Positions 61,630-64,000 of a stretch of 64,000 bases of DNA are shown piece after piece. Position 1 is the first letter of the stretch, and every line of letters starts with the position of its first letter. Both the position numbers and the translations under genes were made by a program. Source of the DNA: an uncultured Planctomycetia bacterium (GTDB lineage: Bacteria; Omnitrophota; Gorgyraeia; Duberdicusellales; 4484-171); the NCBI GenBank assembly GCA_964489445.1, contig CAZAYU010000001.1:375968-439967 (forward strand). The letters are read 5' to 3'. The notes beneath the pieces were generated by a model. It had not been told where the DNA came from. It did not search any database and was given only the letters and a program-made list of their open reading frames with translations.

Positions 61630-64000
61630 TTAGAATGTCTTGCGGTAAAAAACTCTAAAAATATGCTGAGTATCCAGAACTGACAGCGTTCCTCCGTACG
61701 GATCAAACAATAGCTCACCAACCTCACCTTTAGTAAAAACGCCGTATTGAAATAATATTTCGTCTGATGAAGATGGCTGGTATTTAGCTTCAAAAAAGAA
61801 ATTGTGGTGGTCTTGACACAAGTCACCATCTGGATATAGAATCCGATTTATATCATTCCATTTTGAATAAACATATTTAAAATAAAAAGAAAGCTTATCC
61901 GAAGGAGAATACTCTACATCTATACCTGTATGGTTAATATTGTTATCAATCTGACCAGCGAATTTATAATCATTTTTTGTCCAATCCGCTCCTACGCGTA
62001 ACTTATCAGTTACCTGATAATTAATCCCCGCTTTAAAAATATTAAAAAAAGGATAGGACGGTTGCGGAAAATTTTCTTGCCCATACAAAAAATTAGTTTG
62101 CTCTCTAAAGGTCATGCCATAGTTGCTGTAAGTATCAAAACTTGTATCTCGTAATATCGCACGTGGAAAATTATCATAGGCTACTGTGGAATCATTAGTA
62201 TGTTCCCATATCCCATTAAAAGAAATGTCCTTGGTAAATTTATATTCTCCGCCTAAAGAAATTGTAGCCAAACTGGGATCCTTGCCCCCTTCAATTTCAT
62301 CATTTATATATGGCTCTCCGGTTTTTGCATCGAACACAAAAGGATCAATCCCTTCGGTAGTTTTCGGCTTATTATGATATATCCCTAAAAATTTAGCTGT
62401 AAATTTCGGCATTACCCGATAAGAATACTCTAATCTTGAGACATTTTCAAAATACTTGCCGTCCGCTAAATGCACATTTCGCGTATCAAACAACCAATCA
62501 AATTTTCCATCTAAAGAATTAACTCCCTCTATCCTAAAACCGACAACATCTCTTCCGTAATCTATACCGTCACCGATCCGGGCAGGTTCAATATCATACC
62601 AATTCAATGTTGGCTGATATAAGCCGGAATAGTAATATCTAAACGGTTGTCCAAAATGAATATGCCGCGACCAAAACATATCATCTCTGGTTTCCTTATA
62701 ATTAGACAATGCAGCTTCAAACCCTTCATCCATGTGAGTAATCTCTAATCTTAACCTGTAAAACGAATCAGGAGAATTGTGCTTGGGAACAATTCCAAAA
62801 TAATTTTTCCCAAAAATATCGTCTTGGGAAGAATTGACCAAACTAAATTTTATCGCGTTTCCTCTCTTCTCTGTTTGATAGGAAGTAGTCCTATCTTGCT
62901 CAGACCTGGAAGTTGCAACTTCTAAAGAAACTTTAGTATTGTCCGATATTCCATACTCTAAATCTAACCCAGAAGTATGACTAATAGCATCTAAAGAATC
63001 CTCGTCATATCCCAATTTAACGGTATCTGTTGTTCCTATTTGCAAATTATCATAAATCCGCTGTTTAATTCTTAAAGCTCCGGCATAAGAGTTAAAACTT
63101 TCATAATCCTGCCACAATGTTTTCGGAGAAGCAATCGTAACATCCAAATTTGTGTCATCAGAAAACCAGGAAAATGATGCACCGCGTAGATTAGTAAGCC
63201 GGACTCCTCTTGAATCACGAGCAAACCAGCTTAAAGAATCATCCCAATATCCTTTAAAAAAATCCTGCGCACCGCTTCCATCATTAAAATGACCCGGAGC
63301 CCAACTATCCAACCAAGGGCTTTCTTCCCAAAATATTTTATGATTAGAAATACCTAAAGTGTCATCGGAAGTAAGTGCCTGATCTTCTAAGGCAGCAGGA
63401 AAAATCCGCAACTTAGTATTCTCAGATTTTAGGTCTACCCACAGCTCTCTCAACGGCCAAAATTCGCGTTTAATTTTTAACTCCGGAAGTTCAAAGTAAG
63501 CTCCTGACCAAGGAGCAGTCCATGTACTCTCTAATGTTGTTGGTACTGTTTTTCCATTTTCAACTTTTATTTCCGGAAGAGACATACCCGCGCCATCAAC
63601 TAGAGTATAAATTGTTTGGTTAACCGTATATCCAGTATTGGCCCAATATAATAATTGCACTTCAGCGGAATCTGAAGTACCTACTCCCGTAAGCCTAATT
63701 TTATCGCTTTTCCCTACAAAACTCCAAGGGCTAAAATCAAATTTTGCGTGAAAGCTACAAGTATAATCATTGTCTTCGTCTGTTTCTCCGTCTAGCTCCA
63801 GTATTAACCTTGTGTAGATAGCCGGATCATAAGTATTCGCTCTATTATCATAAGCATTGGTCGAAAGCAATCGCCAATCAAGCTCATTTAAATCCCAATT
63901 CGCTCTCTTCCAGATAAAATCTCCTTCACTATCTATTCCAAAGCTAGTTTGAAATTCTCCGGAAAGTTTAATTTCTGAGCTTGTTTCTTTTTTATCTGCC
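61630..64000 (-). CDS. Large outer-membrane beta-barrel protein, 5'-partial (continues beyond the window)
   Basis: Aromatic/Gly/Asn-rich sequence with alternating patterns and a C-terminal ...YRKTF (terminal Phe). No in-frame stop between 63871 and 64000 on the minus strand. The track start at 63870 is a TTG. Confidence 0.6.
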   Translation of the reverse strand, partial: ADKKETSSEIKLSGEFQTSFGIDSEGDFIWKRANWDLNELDWRLLSTNAYDNRANTYDPAIYTRLILELDGETDEDNDYTCSFHAKFDFSPWSFVGKSDKIRLTGVGTSDSAEVQLLYWANTGYTVNQTIYTLVDGAGMSLPEIKVENGKTVPTTLESTWTAPWSGAYFELPELKIKREFWPLRELWVDLKSENTKLRIFPAALEDQALTSDDTLGISNHKIFWEESPWLDSWAPGHFNDGSGAQDFFKGYWDDSLSWFARDSRGVRLTNLRGASFSWFSDDTNLDVTIASPKTLWQDYESFNSYAGALRIKQRIYDNLQIGTTDTVKLGYDEDSLDAISHTSGLDLEYGISDNTKVSLEVATSRSEQDRTTSYQTEKRGNAIKFSLVNSSQDDIFGKNYFGIVPKHNSPDSFYRLRLEITHMDEGFEAALSNYKETRDDMFWSRHIHFGQPFRYYYSGLYQPTLNWYDIEPARIGDGIDYGRDVVGFRIEGVNSLDGKFDWLFDTRNVHLADGKYFENVSRLEYSYRVMPKFTAKFLGIYHNKPKTTEGIDPFVFDAKTGEPYINDEIEGGKDPSLATISLGGEYKFTKDISFNGIWEHTNDSTVAYDNFPRAILRDTSFDTYSNYGMTFREQTNFLYGQENFPQPSYPFFNIFKAGINYQVTDKLRVGADWTKNDYKFAGQIDNNINHTGIDVEYSPSDKLSFYFKYVYSKWNDINRILYPDGDLCQDHHNFFFEAKYQPSSSDEILFQYGVFTKGEVGELLFDPYGGTLSVLDTQHIFRVFYRKTF

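Overview
This is an AT-rich (~35% GC) bacterial chromosomal window with almost every gene on the minus strand. Only a truncated crcB at the 5' edge and a PilZ gene near the 3' end are on the plus strand. Most of it is housekeeping. There is a purine biosynthesis block (purB, a purS-like/purL fusion, purQ, purF, purM, purD, purE). There are several Firmicutes-like syntenic runs: nrdR, dCMP deaminase, glyA, rpiB, ywlC(tsaC); pgpH, ybeY, recO, queF; panB, apbE; hisS, aspS; HU/IHF, dnaE, guaA; an IMPDH-family gene; folD with a cyclodeaminase; rnhB, rplS, trmD, tgt, ruvB, scpA; trpS, infB, nusA, rimP, proS; an orphan CpaF-like ATPase; and ispG, rseP, dxr, cdsA, uppS. An OmpA-like lipoprotein and a large beta-barrel protein with a C-terminal Phe (partial, running off the 3' edge) indicate a diderm organism. 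No rRNA, tRNA, CRISPR array, transposase or integrase was recognised. The standard genetic code fits all the large ORFs. The one clearly non-housekeeping feature is a paralogous family of four secreted Gly-rich proteins (17302-18541 disrupted, 18563-20062, 23143-24627, 45515-46816). They share a Sec signal peptide, an almost invariant post-signal module 'TTIPEERITIITYYPAPYG(V/I)YNEL', repeated 'GNVGIGTTDP'-type units, and in three members a C-terminal 'YYD..D..F.YHDG..W.DFG' motif. Two copies are a tandem duplicate with >90% identical 5' halves at the DNA level, and one copy is broken by a stop plus frameshift. Between the two clusters lies a secreted Cys-rich protein built from in-frame 12-nt and 15-nt tandem DNA repeats, translationally coupled to an ApbE flavin-transferase lipoprotein. 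I propose this as a candidate variable surface fibre/adhesin locus, although the putative adhesin genes are interleaved with the housekeeping genes panB and apbE. Other items worth checking are listed in the findings.
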